A DNA stretch of 31,133 nucleotides from a virus (Duplodnaviria > Caudoviricetes), in the IMG/VR virus record IMGVR_UViG_3300038329_000027, positions 1 through 31,133 of that record. One strand, given 5' to 3'. The position numbers and the translations under genes are program-made. Numbering within the stretch: the first letter of the stretch is position 1; every line of letters starts with the position of its first letter. Shown here piece after piece: positions 7,976 through 17,227 of this stretch. Under the pieces are notes generated by a model that did not search any database, was not told the origin of the DNA, and worked only from the letters and a program-made list of their open reading frames with translations.

Positions 7976-9139
7976 ATGAAAAACATACAAGATTTAGTTG
8001 CAAAGACAACTAAAGAATTAATTTTAGATGAGCCCTTTTATGGGCTTTTTTTAATTGGTATCAATAAAAACTATAGTGACAGAATACCTACAGCAGGTGT
8101 TAGTAAATTAGGAATTGGTATGCAGTTGACAATAAATCCAGAATTTTATATGAATTTAAGCTTGCCTCATAGGGTGGGATTAATCAAGCATGAGCTTTTA
8201 CATATTGCTTTTGGACATTTAATAATGAGAGATCTATATTCTGATCATAAATTATTTAATATAGCGGCTGATTTAGAAATTAACCAATATATAGACGAGA
8301 ATAAACTTCCTGATGGCGGATTAATTTTGTCAAGTTTTCCTGAATTAAATCTTCCTCATAAGGCGGGAACAAAAGTATATTACAACCTTTTAGAAAAAGC
8401 ACAAGAAGATGGTACATGTCCCTCTTTAGATAGTCTATTAGATCAGATGGATGGAGAATCACAATATTGTCATAGTACTTGGGAAGATTTTGATGATTTA
8501 TCTGAATCAGATAAAAAATTAGTACAAAAGCAAATAGAGCACCAATTAAAGGAGTCTGCTGAACAAACACTAAAGAAGCAGGGTCATGTACCGGGTGAGT
8601 TAGCTGAGCTTATACATAGGCTTACTCATATTGAACCAGCTAAATTTGATTGGAAAGGTTATTTGAAAAGGTTTGTTGGTAATTCTAGTGTAGTATACAC
8701 AAAAAAGCTGAGACGTAAGTATAACAAACGGTATGCTGTTAATCCTGGCCTTAAAATCAAGTTTAAGAATCATATCCTTGTTGGTGTTGACACAAGCGGA
8801 TCTGTAAATAATGATGAGCTAAAAGAATTCTTTAATGAATTAGCACATATGGTTAAGACTGGTCATAAAATAACTGTAGCACAGTGTGATACTCAGCTCA
8901 AGAATGTAAAGGAGTTTAATCCAAAACAAGATTGGGAAATACACGGTAGAGGTGGGACATCATTTCAACCTGTAATAGATCATTATAATGAAAAAAAAGG
9001 GTCATACACGGCACTTATATATTTAACGGATGGAGAAGCATACCCTCCAGAAGATTGTCCTAAAAACACTTTATGGGTACTTAGTAGTATATCTAATATG
9101 AATGACGAATTACCTGGTCAAGTGATAAAATTAAATTAA
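7976..9139 (+). CDS. DUF2201-type metallopeptidase-like + vWA domain protein
   Basis: HExxH (KHELLH), NIAADLEINQ; MIDAS DTSGS, GRGGT, YLTDG. Confidence 0.92.
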   Translation: MKNIQDLVAKTTKELILDEPFYGLFLIGINKNYSDRIPTAGVSKLGIGMQLTINPEFYMNLSLPHRVGLIKHELLHIAFGHLIMRDLYSDHKLFNIAADLEINQYIDENKLPDGGLILSSFPELNLPHKAGTKVYYNLLEKAQEDGTCPSLDSLLDQMDGESQYCHSTWEDFDDLSESDKKLVQKQIEHQLKESAEQTLKKQGHVPGELAELIHRLTHIEPAKFDWKGYLKRFVGNSSVVYTKKLRRKYNKRYAVNPGLKIKFKNHILVGVDTSGSVNNDELKEFFNELAHMVKTGHKITVAQCDTQLKNVKEFNPKQDWEIHGRGGTSFQPVIDHYNEKKGSYTALIYLTDGEAYPPEDCPKNTLWVLSSISNMNDELPGQVIKLN

Positions 9140-9525
9140 TGGGACGTTATTATCAAGGAGACATTGAAGGTAAGTTTGTTTTTGGTTCTCAAAGTAGTGG
9201 CGCAGCAGATAGATTTGGTGTAGCAGGTCATACACCTGGCTATTTAGAGTATTATTATACTGAAGCTGATTTACCAGATCTTGAATCTGAACTTAAGAAA
9301 ATAGAAAATTCATTTAAAAAATATAAAATTCCTTTATTAGCTTATTATGATTTGTTTGGTGTAAATGATGATGTTGAAATATCATTTGAAGAATATATTC
9401 AAAAAGGTGGTTTTAAAGCTATGAATGCTAAAAAACAATTTGATTTTAATGACTATAGAATAGGTAGAAAAATTCTTGATTGTATCAAGGAACATGGAGA
9501 ATGTAGTTTTACCGCAGAATTATAA
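9139..9525 (+). CDS. hypothetical phage protein
   Basis: 128 aa (MGRYYQGDIEGKF...); TAATG-coupled to the vWA gene. Confidence 0.8.
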   Translation: MGRYYQGDIEGKFVFGSQSSGAADRFGVAGHTPGYLEYYYTEADLPDLESELKKIENSFKKYKIPLLAYYDLFGVNDDVEISFEEYIQKGGFKAMNAKKQFDFNDYRIGRKILDCIKEHGECSFTAEL

Positions 9526-9546
9526 ATAAAAAAAACAATTAAAAAA

Positions 9547-10824
9547 ATGGCTCAAGTAAATTTAAATGTAACAGAGTTAAAAGATTTTGTAAATCACATT
9601 ATCAAAAATAACAGATATTTACAAGAAAATAATAAAGCCCCTGTCTCTATAGAGGTGGTGGGTGAATCAGGTATTGGTAAAACTTCTACTATTGTTGAAT
9701 TAGCTGAAGAAAACAAATTAAAATTTGTTAAACTTAACCTTGCACAGATAGAAGAGTTGGGTGACCTAGTAGGGTTTCCTGTAAGACAATTTCAAATGTT
9801 CAAGGAGAAAACAGTTGCCAACCCAAATAAAAAGATTGATGATCTTAATTATACTGCAGCACAAAGATCCGCTGCATCAATAGATTTAGCTAAGATGCCT
9901 GCTACTATTACTAAAAAAGTAGGCATGTGGGTAGATGAACTTGCTGTACAGGAGTATCTAAAAAATGGGTATAAGATGACAGGTAAGAACAGAATGTCTT
10001 ATTGTGCACCAGAATGGATTGCAGATGCTAAAGAAGGTGGTATATTATTACTGGATGACTGGAATAGAGCTGATACAAGATTTATCCAAGCTGTTATGGA
10101 ATTAATAGACCGTCAGACTTATATCTCATGGACGCTCCCAAAAGATTGGCACATTATGTTAACAGCAAATCCTGATAATGGAGATTATATGGTTAACAGT
10201 GTAGATAGTGCACAGAAGACCAGATATGTAACTGCTAATCTTAAGTTTGATGTTAATGTATGGGCTCAATGGGCTGAAGGTGCGGGGATTGATACAAGGT
10301 GTATTAACTTTTTACTTCTTCATCCTGAACTTGTAACTCAAGAAACTAATGCAAGATCTATAACAACTTTTTTTAACTCTATTTCAAGTTTTGATAATTT
10401 TGAAGATAATTTATCTTTAATTCAAATGATTGGAGAAGGTTCTGTAGGGGATGCATTTGCTTCTATGTTTACAACATTTATTAATAACAAACTTGATAAA
10501 TTAGTTACACCAAAAGATTTGTTGACTCATGATAATGAATCATATATTTTAGGTGAATTAAGAAGTTGTATAGGAAAAGATGACACATATCGTGCTGACA
10601 TTGCTGCTACATTAGCAACACGTTTAGCAAATTATGCTGTCGTGTATTCTAAAGAAAGCACAGTTACTCAGAAAATTACTGATAGATTAAAATCACTTTG
10701 TACAAAAGATTATTTTACTAATGATCTAAAGTATTTGGTTGTAAGAACTATCTTTAATGGCAATAAGCAAAAGTTTAATAAATTAATGATGATACCAGAA
10801 ATCATTAAAATGACAATGAAATAA
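9547..10824 (+). CDS. MoxR-like AAA+ ATPase
   Basis: Walker A GESGIGKT, DLVGFP, Walker B ILLLDD-WNRA, TANP sensor I, DSAQKTRY Arg finger, NARS; adjacent to the vWA gene. Confidence 0.92.
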   Translation: MAQVNLNVTELKDFVNHIIKNNRYLQENNKAPVSIEVVGESGIGKTSTIVELAEENKLKFVKLNLAQIEELGDLVGFPVRQFQMFKEKTVANPNKKIDDLNYTAAQRSAASIDLAKMPATITKKVGMWVDELAVQEYLKNGYKMTGKNRMSYCAPEWIADAKEGGILLLDDWNRADTRFIQAVMELIDRQTYISWTLPKDWHIMLTANPDNGDYMVNSVDSAQKTRYVTANLKFDVNVWAQWAEGAGIDTRCINFLLLHPELVTQETNARSITTFFNSISSFDNFEDNLSLIQMIGEGSVGDAFASMFTTFINNKLDKLVTPKDLLTHDNESYILGELRSCIGKDDTYRADIAATLATRLANYAVVYSKESTVTQKITDRLKSLCTKDYFTNDLKYLVVRTIFNGNKQKFNKLMMIPEIIKMTMK

Positions 10825-10830
10825 AATAAA

Positions 10831-10944
10831 ATGCATTACTACTGTATTGTTTGTGGACAAAATTTTTTGTCTGAAGTTAAAGAAAAGGTTTGCACTAGTT
10901 GTTCAAGCCCTCACATAGTTAATAAAGAAGAAAAAGAAAAATAA
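10831..10944 (+). CDS. 37-aa zinc-ribbon micro-protein
   Basis: MHYYCIVCGQNFLSEVKEKVCTSCSSPHIVNKEEKEK*; CxxC-x12-CxxC; TAATG-coupled to the next gene. Not in the ORF track. Confidence 0.75.
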   Translation: MHYYCIVCGQNFLSEVKEKVCTSCSSPHIVNKEEKEK

Positions 10945-11990
10945 TGGCTAATAAATCAGTTTACCAAAATTATGATGTTGATGCATTAAAGCACTTCGGA
11001 CTAGACAATGACCCCACTCACGGGGTCATTGTTGGTTCTGAAGAAAAAGATGCATTACTAACACAAGATGGAACTACATTTCAGAAAATACGAGATACTT
11101 TATCAGATCCAACTGAAACAAGTACTACGTTTATAACTAAGAAAAAAGCTTTTATACTTCCTAAATGTGATGTATCACAAGATAGATTAAAAGCTGCTTT
11201 AAAAGAGCATGGCATAAAAGTTACAAATGATTATACTCAAGCTGATCTAATTGTAGGACATAACGAGATTGCTGGCAGTTTTAATAATGGGGAAAATATT
11301 CAAAGTACTGTGCTTTTAGCCAAGCTTTGGAATTATGAGTTAGCAACGGGCTATTCTAGGAGAGGTAATTCAGCAATAATAGCGAATCTTCTTGATAATA
11401 CTGCAAATGGTATTATAGTAACACCTAAAATAACCGACAATATTAGAAATTGGGACTTAACGATTGAAAAAAATCTTTATGATCAATGGATGATAACAGG
11501 AATGGCTATAAATCTAGCTTATATAATAGAGACAACCAATGTATCTGTAGTAGACCCAGAAACTATATTATGTAGCTCTGCTAATAAATTAATTTTAGAT
11601 GAAGAACTACTAACTGATATTACTAGACAATTAAACGGAAGTAAAGAAGATGTTATGTTAGCTGCTAAAATTATACCTACTATAGATTATTCACAAAATT
11701 TTCATTTTTTATGGCAATTTGCTCAAAATAATAATCACGTAGTATATTCTTTTAATCAAGATAAGGACATGCAATATTGGATAAAAGAATCTAATTTTAT
11801 AAGGTTTAGCAATGCTTCTGCTCAAGATATGATTTTATGGTTAGAAAGAAAAGATAAATTAGATAAAATATCATTCAGATACTTAGAACCAACAGTAAGG
11901 AGAGAAATCTCTATACACAATAGAGACTTATATGTATTTCAAGTCTCTGTAAAAAAAGAATATCAGAAGTACTTAACAATTAATGAATAA
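10944..11990 (+). CDS. hypothetical protein, BRCT-like N-terminal motif + LNGSKED motif
   Basis: 348 aa; two motif blocks shared with the next ORF. Confidence 0.85.
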   Translation: MANKSVYQNYDVDALKHFGLDNDPTHGVIVGSEEKDALLTQDGTTFQKIRDTLSDPTETSTTFITKKKAFILPKCDVSQDRLKAALKEHGIKVTNDYTQADLIVGHNEIAGSFNNGENIQSTVLLAKLWNYELATGYSRRGNSAIIANLLDNTANGIIVTPKITDNIRNWDLTIEKNLYDQWMITGMAINLAYIIETTNVSVVDPETILCSSANKLILDEELLTDITRQLNGSKEDVMLAAKIIPTIDYSQNFHFLWQFAQNNNHVVYSFNQDKDMQYWIKESNFIRFSNASAQDMILWLERKDKLDKISFRYLEPTVRREISIHNRDLYVFQVSVKKEYQKYLTINE

Positions 11991-11993
11991 GCA

Positions 11994-13151
11994 ATGAAAA
12001 AAAGATATGATATTAGTATATACACTAATGATGACAATATTGTAAAAGGTAAAGACGGTAGATTTAGATTAAAAGGTTCGGCATTTAATATTTCTTATAC
12101 TGGATACTGGATGGCACACTCAAGTCGTTTAGGAGTATCAAAGGAATTAAAAAAAGCTATGGGCATTAGTTTTAAAAATAAAGAAAAGTTCTCTATACAA
12201 GATAAAATTATATATAGATTTCCCAAATTAGATTTGCCTAGACAAAAGGTTGATTTATTAAAAGAAAAATATAATGTTAAAGTAATTAGAGATCCTAAAA
12301 AAGCAAATGTGCATGTAGTATCAGAAAAACTATTTGAAAATTTATTTGAAAGTCTTTGGAACACATCTGTACCATTTAAAGATTTTTTTAATGTGCTTGA
12401 TAATTTAAAAAAAAATGATTATTTAACAGATTCTGCTTTATCTGTAGCTAATGAATTAATTAAACAGTATGAACTTACTGATTCTATGATTAGACTTTGG
12501 TCTCCATATACTCATGGTTCTTCAAATGGAGATCAAATGAGGGACTTTCTTGTAGAGAATATAAGTAATATTTCTATTGGGGAACGTAACACTATAGATG
12601 TAGTATTACCAGATAAAAATGTAAATGACTTTTTAAATATTAAAAATAGTAATATAGATACGGTTTATGATACTGATATTACAGAAATTATAGATAAAGA
12701 ATTAGCCATTATAAATAATACTGAATATGATAACATTTTAAAAATGATAATGAGTTCAGATAAGGATAATAGATCTTTAGCATTAGAAATGTTAGCTAAT
12801 TGTAATATTAATAAATCATTTGATGTAGTATCTGGTATTTTTTATTGGGAATATGATTGGTTAAAAGATACAACCAATTGGAATACTGTAAATGTTAAAG
12901 CTTTAAGAAAAAGATTATCTAAATATTCTGGTGGAACTAATAACCATAATATTTATTCTTATAATAACTACATAAATTACTTAATTGAAGACAAACAATT
13001 AACTGAATTTGCTATAAATAAAACTAGAGAAAGTCTCTATAAAAATGTTTTAGGTAGTTTGGTTGGAGATTGTGCAGAGGTTTTTAATGTAAAGTTTGAT
13101 AATTTAACTTTAAAAGAAAAATTAATAGAAAATATAATAATTCATGACTAG
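11994..13151 (+). CDS. hypothetical protein, paralog of the 10944 ORF
   Basis: 385 aa; IYRFPKLDLPRQKV..LKEKYNVKVIRDPKKANVHVV and MSSDKDNRSLALEML blocks. Confidence 0.85.
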   Translation: MKKRYDISIYTNDDNIVKGKDGRFRLKGSAFNISYTGYWMAHSSRLGVSKELKKAMGISFKNKEKFSIQDKIIYRFPKLDLPRQKVDLLKEKYNVKVIRDPKKANVHVVSEKLFENLFESLWNTSVPFKDFFNVLDNLKKNDYLTDSALSVANELIKQYELTDSMIRLWSPYTHGSSNGDQMRDFLVENISNISIGERNTIDVVLPDKNVNDFLNIKNSNIDTVYDTDITEIIDKELAIINNTEYDNILKMIMSSDKDNRSLALEMLANCNINKSFDVVSGIFYWEYDWLKDTTNWNTVNVKALRKRLSKYSGGTNNHNIYSYNNYINYLIEDKQLTEFAINKTRESLYKNVLGSLVGDCAEVFNVKFDNLTLKEKLIENIIIHD

Positions 13152-14133
13152 AAATCAAGAAAAAGAACAAGTATTTTATGCAAAAAAGGATTTTCGCTTT
13201 AGCTACTCTTCTTTAAATAAACTTTTATTTTCACCATCTTTATTTTATAAAGAATATATACTACGCGATAGAGAAGTAAGAACAGACAAACATCTTGTTG
13301 AAGGTAAACTTGTACACTGTATGCTTTTTGAACCTAAAAAAGTTACTGAAAAATTTAATGTTGTTCCTGGGAAAAGCCCTAGTGATAACATTAGAAAAGT
13401 AATGAAAGATATGTCTCTCCATACAGATGCAGAAACACTGGTCTTATGTGAAGATAGGATAATATTAGAATCATTAATGACTTTGAATCTTTTTCAGTCT
13501 CTTAAAACAGATGAACAGAGACTTAAAAAAGTTGTCACAGAGGACAATGAACCCTATTGGAAATTTTTATCTAATAATAATGTAGATGTTGTTGATCAAG
13601 ATACATTAGAGCGGTGTGCTGATATGGTGGAAACACTTAAACAGAATGCAGATGTAATGGCTTTATTTGAACAACAACAGACAGAGTTTGAACTAGATCC
13701 TATTGAAACACATGCAGAAGCATTTTTAAAGTCAGATTTAGTAGATAACTCGTTTGGTCTTCATGGTTTTATAGATTTTTATAAAATTGATCATGATAAA
13801 AAAGAAGTTATTATCTGTGATTTAAAAACTACAGGTAAAACTATTTCTGATTTTCGCGAGACTATAGACTTTTATAATTATTGGTTGCAAGCAGCCATAT
13901 ATTGTAAATTAGTTTATGATACATTAGGAGAAAAAGCGGAAGAATACACTATAGCTTTTAAATTTGTTGTAATAGATAAGTATAAACAAGTTTATGTTTT
14001 TGATGTTACTGAAGAGACTTTAGCCGGTTGGGCTGATGGATTAGAAGGAGTTATCAAGGTTGCTGCTTATCACTACAGTGAAAAGAATTACCAGTTACCC
14101 TATGATTTCATTGTAGGAAACATTAAATTGTAG
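13144..14133 (+). CDS. PD-(D/E)XK exonuclease (RecE/ExoVIII-like)
   Basis: FSYSSL, GKLVHCMLFEP, HGFIDF...ICDLKTTGK, YNYWLQAAIY. Confidence 0.88.
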   Translation: MTRNQEKEQVFYAKKDFRFSYSSLNKLLFSPSLFYKEYILRDREVRTDKHLVEGKLVHCMLFEPKKVTEKFNVVPGKSPSDNIRKVMKDMSLHTDAETLVLCEDRIILESLMTLNLFQSLKTDEQRLKKVVTEDNEPYWKFLSNNNVDVVDQDTLERCADMVETLKQNADVMALFEQQQTEFELDPIETHAEAFLKSDLVDNSFGLHGFIDFYKIDHDKKEVIICDLKTTGKTISDFRETIDFYNYWLQAAIYCKLVYDTLGEKAEEYTIAFKFVVIDKYKQVYVFDVTEETLAGWADGLEGVIKVAAYHYSEKNYQLPYDFIVGNIKL

Positions 14134-14134
14134 T

Positions 14135-14713
14135 ATGAAAACGGTGTACACAGATTATTTTCAAAAAAGTAAAGTATTTCTTTATCCTTTATTAAAGTTA
14201 AAAAAAGGTATAGCTTATGTTCCCATACAAACTTATGTTTGTTGGGAGCAGGCTTATACCATTAATGATTACAGATTTTTTTGTGAGTATCATGCACCGG
14301 CATCAGTTAAGTTTATTAAATTTTGTGATATATATCTAAAAAGTCATAAACTTTTTCTTGAACACTTAGATCTTGGAGACAACAAACATATTTTTATTTT
14401 TGATTATAAAGGTTATAAAAAAGATTTTGATAGATTTATAGAAGGAAAATATTCACAATTTAGTTTGGATACTAAAATAATTATATTAGATTTCTTTAAT
14501 ACTTCAGGTAATATGTCTAATGTTATACATTCTTTTTTATCTCCTGATAAAGCTCATGCAGATTATGCAGAGGCTTTAAATATAAGTATAGAAAAAATTA
14601 TTGATGTTTATGAAATATGCAGCATACCGGATATTGAAAAAGAGACATTTTATAAAAAAAATGAAATATTAGATGGTCTATTAGATAAGAACTCCATATA
14701 TTTGGAAAAATAA
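14135..14713 (+). CDS. hypothetical protein
   Basis: 192 aa ORF starting 1 nt after the exonuclease stop. Confidence 0.8.
   Translation: MKTVYTDYFQKSKVFLYPLLKLKKGIAYVPIQTYVCWEQAYTINDYRFFCEYHAPASVKFIKFCDIYLKSHKLFLEHLDLGDNKHIFIFDYKGYKKDFDRFIEGKYSQFSLDTKIIILDFFNTSGNMSNVIHSFLSPDKAHADYAEALNISIEKIIDVYEICSIPDIEKETFYKKNEILDGLLDKNSIYLEK
14697..14704 (+). promoter_or_regulatory. possible sigma70 -7 element (TATATTTG)
   Basis: Exact TAnnTTTG 21 nt before ATG 14726 (same distance as at 2260); no clear -33 element. Confidence 0.45.
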
Positions 14714-14725
14714 TAAAACTTAAAT

Positions 14726-15142
14726 ATGTCAACACAAATTGGACAAAACATGATGCTGATTAATTCCAGCTTCAGAAATGCTAAATCGTTTACTTTAATT
14801 CCAGTGAGCAATGACTCACCATATGTAGAGGCTATGTTTGACCCATCGTCAAGCATTTTAGCCATTATTAGTAAGGTTATGAAACAATCTTATCACATGG
14901 TTCCAAAACTTAATGATAATGGAGAACCTATAAGACTTAAAACACCAAATCAACAAAGTGGTAAAACTGTTAAAGAAGAAAGAAGATTAGTAGATACTTT
15001 TTCTGAGTTTTATTTAAGTGATAAAAATGATATTGAAACATTTATTCATATGTTTGCGGTTAACGCAAAAGACTTTGATTACAATAGCTTTTTTGTTGAT
15101 GTAAAGGAAACAAAAGTTTCTAAAATTATAATGCCAAGCTAG
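14726..15142 (+). CDS. hypothetical protein
   Basis: 138 aa ORF followed by a terminator. Confidence 0.8.
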   Translation: MSTQIGQNMMLINSSFRNAKSFTLIPVSNDSPYVEAMFDPSSSILAIISKVMKQSYHMVPKLNDNGEPIRLKTPNQQSGKTVKEERRLVDTFSEFYLSDKNDIETFIHMFAVNAKDFDYNSFFVDVKETKVSKIIMPS

Positions 15143-15184
15143 TAGTAAACAATTTTGTTTGCTTTTCCCCTTACCCGGTCAATT

Positions 15185-15212
15185 AAAGGCACATTAATCT
15201 GTGTCTTTTTTT
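15185..15212 (+). terminator. Rho-independent terminator
   Basis: AAAGGCACA-TTAATC-TGTGTCTTT stem-loop running into T7. Confidence 0.7.
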
Positions 15213-15235
15213 GGCTTTAAAATACAAATATTTAT

Positions 15236-17227
15236 ATGAAACATTGGGTGATGGATTACGAAACTTTAACTAATTGTTTTACAGGTGTTTTTGAACATTA
15301 CAAAACTCAGGAAACTGAAATTTTTGTTGTTCATGATCTGCAGAATGATTTATTAAAATTTATTAATTTTTTAGAAAATAATATAAAAAACAAAGAGTGG
15401 CATATATCCTATAATGGATTAGCATTTGATGCACAAGTCACTCATTATATATTAGACAATCATTTTTTATGGAAAGATTTAAAAGGCTGTGAAATAGCTA
15501 ACATTATCTATAAGTATGCTCAATCCTGTATTACTAAATCTAATAATAGAGAATTCAGTGATTACCCTCAATGGAAAATGTTAGTGGGTCAAATAGACAT
15601 ATATAAAATGCATCATTGGGACAATCCCGCTAAACGTTCTAGTCTTAAGTGGATACAATACAGTATGGACTGGCAGAATATAATTGATATGCCAATTCAT
15701 CATGAGACAGAAATAACTACACAAGCAGAAATTGATCTCATAATTACCTACTGTATTAATGATGTAAGATCTACTAAAGAAATCTATAATAGATCTAAGT
15801 CACAAATAGCTTTAAGAAAAGAACTTACCAAAGAATATGGTATTAATCTTTTTAGCGCATCTGAACCACGAATAAGCAAAGAGATTTTTGGTTATTTTTT
15901 AACTAAAAAACTTGATATTTCTAAAAGAGATCTTAAACAAATGAGAACTTATAGAGGAACTATTAAAGTTGCTGATATAATTTTACCTTATATTAAGTTT
16001 ACTTCTTTAGAATTTAATGTTTTATTAGATAGGTTTAAAGCTATAGAAGTTGATGCAATAAATCTTAAGGGTAGTTTTAAGTATAACATCTTATATAAAA
16101 ATGTAAAAACACATTTTGGATTAGGTGGAGTACACGGGGCTGCAGCAAAAGGTATATATGAACCAAGTGATGATATGATGATACTATCATCTGATGTTAC
16201 TAGTTTTTATCCCAATCTTGCTATTAAGAATAAGTGGTCTCCAGGTCATTTTCCAAAAGAAGCATTTTGTGATCAATATGAATGGTTTTTTGAAGAGCGT
16301 AAGAAGATCCCTAAGAGCAATCCAATGAACTATGTATATAAGATTATACTTAATTCTACTTTTGGCCTTAGCAACGATGAAAAGAGCTTCTTTTATGATC
16401 CAGAGCTTTGTATGAGGATTACTATCAACGGGCAACTGTCCTTAATGATGCTTTATGAGCAGATTATGGAGAGAATACCAGGTGCTATTTCTTTATTACA
16501 GAACACGGATGGTGTAGAAACTATTATACCTAAAGCGTACTATGATGAATATATGCTTATATGTAAAGAATGGGAAGAGATTACCAATCTTAATTTAGAG
16601 CATGATGAATATCAAAAGTTAATTTTAGGAGATGTCAATAATTACATAGGAATAAATAAATATGTAACTACAGATATAACAAAATGGAGAGACATAAAAG
16701 ATGCCAATCCTCATTATCTATTTAAAGTAGAAAATGATAAATTTAGTTTTGCTCCAGTAAAGTTGAAAGGCAGGTTTGATTTTCATAACTTACAGTTACA
16801 TAAAAATAAATCTAAATTAGTTATACCTAAAGCAATTTATGAGTATTTTGTTAATAATGTTCTTCCTGAAGAATATTTAAATACAAACAAAAATATACTT
16901 GATTATTGTATTGGTGGTAAGTCTAAAGGAGATTGGAAACAAGTAGCTAGAAAAATTGAAAATGGTTCTTTTGTTGAACGAGATTTACAAAAGATTAATA
17001 GATATTTTATAGCTAAATCTGGAGTAAAAATGGTTAAAGTTCATAAAATAGATAAAAGGGAAATACAATTAGAAGCCGGACGTTGGTTGCAGATTGTTTT
17101 TAATGATATGAAAATTGAACCTAAATGGGAAGATTATAATATTGATAAGAAATATTACCTTGATTCTATTGAACAAGAAATAAATGGAATAATAAATGTG
17201 GCTTCAAATCAATTAACACTTTTTTAA
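15236..17227 (+). CDS. polB: family B DNA polymerase with 3'-5' exonuclease
   Basis: ExoI MDYET, ExoII YNGLAFD, ExoIII YCINDV; motif A SDVTSFYPN, motif B KIILNSTFG, motif C NTDG. Confidence 0.95.
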   Translation: MKHWVMDYETLTNCFTGVFEHYKTQETEIFVVHDLQNDLLKFINFLENNIKNKEWHISYNGLAFDAQVTHYILDNHFLWKDLKGCEIANIIYKYAQSCITKSNNREFSDYPQWKMLVGQIDIYKMHHWDNPAKRSSLKWIQYSMDWQNIIDMPIHHETEITTQAEIDLIITYCINDVRSTKEIYNRSKSQIALRKELTKEYGINLFSASEPRISKEIFGYFLTKKLDISKRDLKQMRTYRGTIKVADIILPYIKFTSLEFNVLLDRFKAIEVDAINLKGSFKYNILYKNVKTHFGLGGVHGAAAKGIYEPSDDMMILSSDVTSFYPNLAIKNKWSPGHFPKEAFCDQYEWFFEERKKIPKSNPMNYVYKIILNSTFGLSNDEKSFFYDPELCMRITINGQLSLMMLYEQIMERIPGAISLLQNTDGVETIIPKAYYDEYMLICKEWEEITNLNLEHDEYQKLILGDVNNYIGINKYVTTDITKWRDIKDANPHYLFKVENDKFSFAPVKLKGRFDFHNLQLHKNKSKLVIPKAIYEYFVNNVLPEEYLNTNKNILDYCIGGKSKGDWKQVARKIENGSFVERDLQKINRYFIAKSGVKMVKVHKIDKREIQLEAGRWLQIVFNDMKIEPKWEDYNIDKKYYLDSIEQEINGIINVASNQLTLF

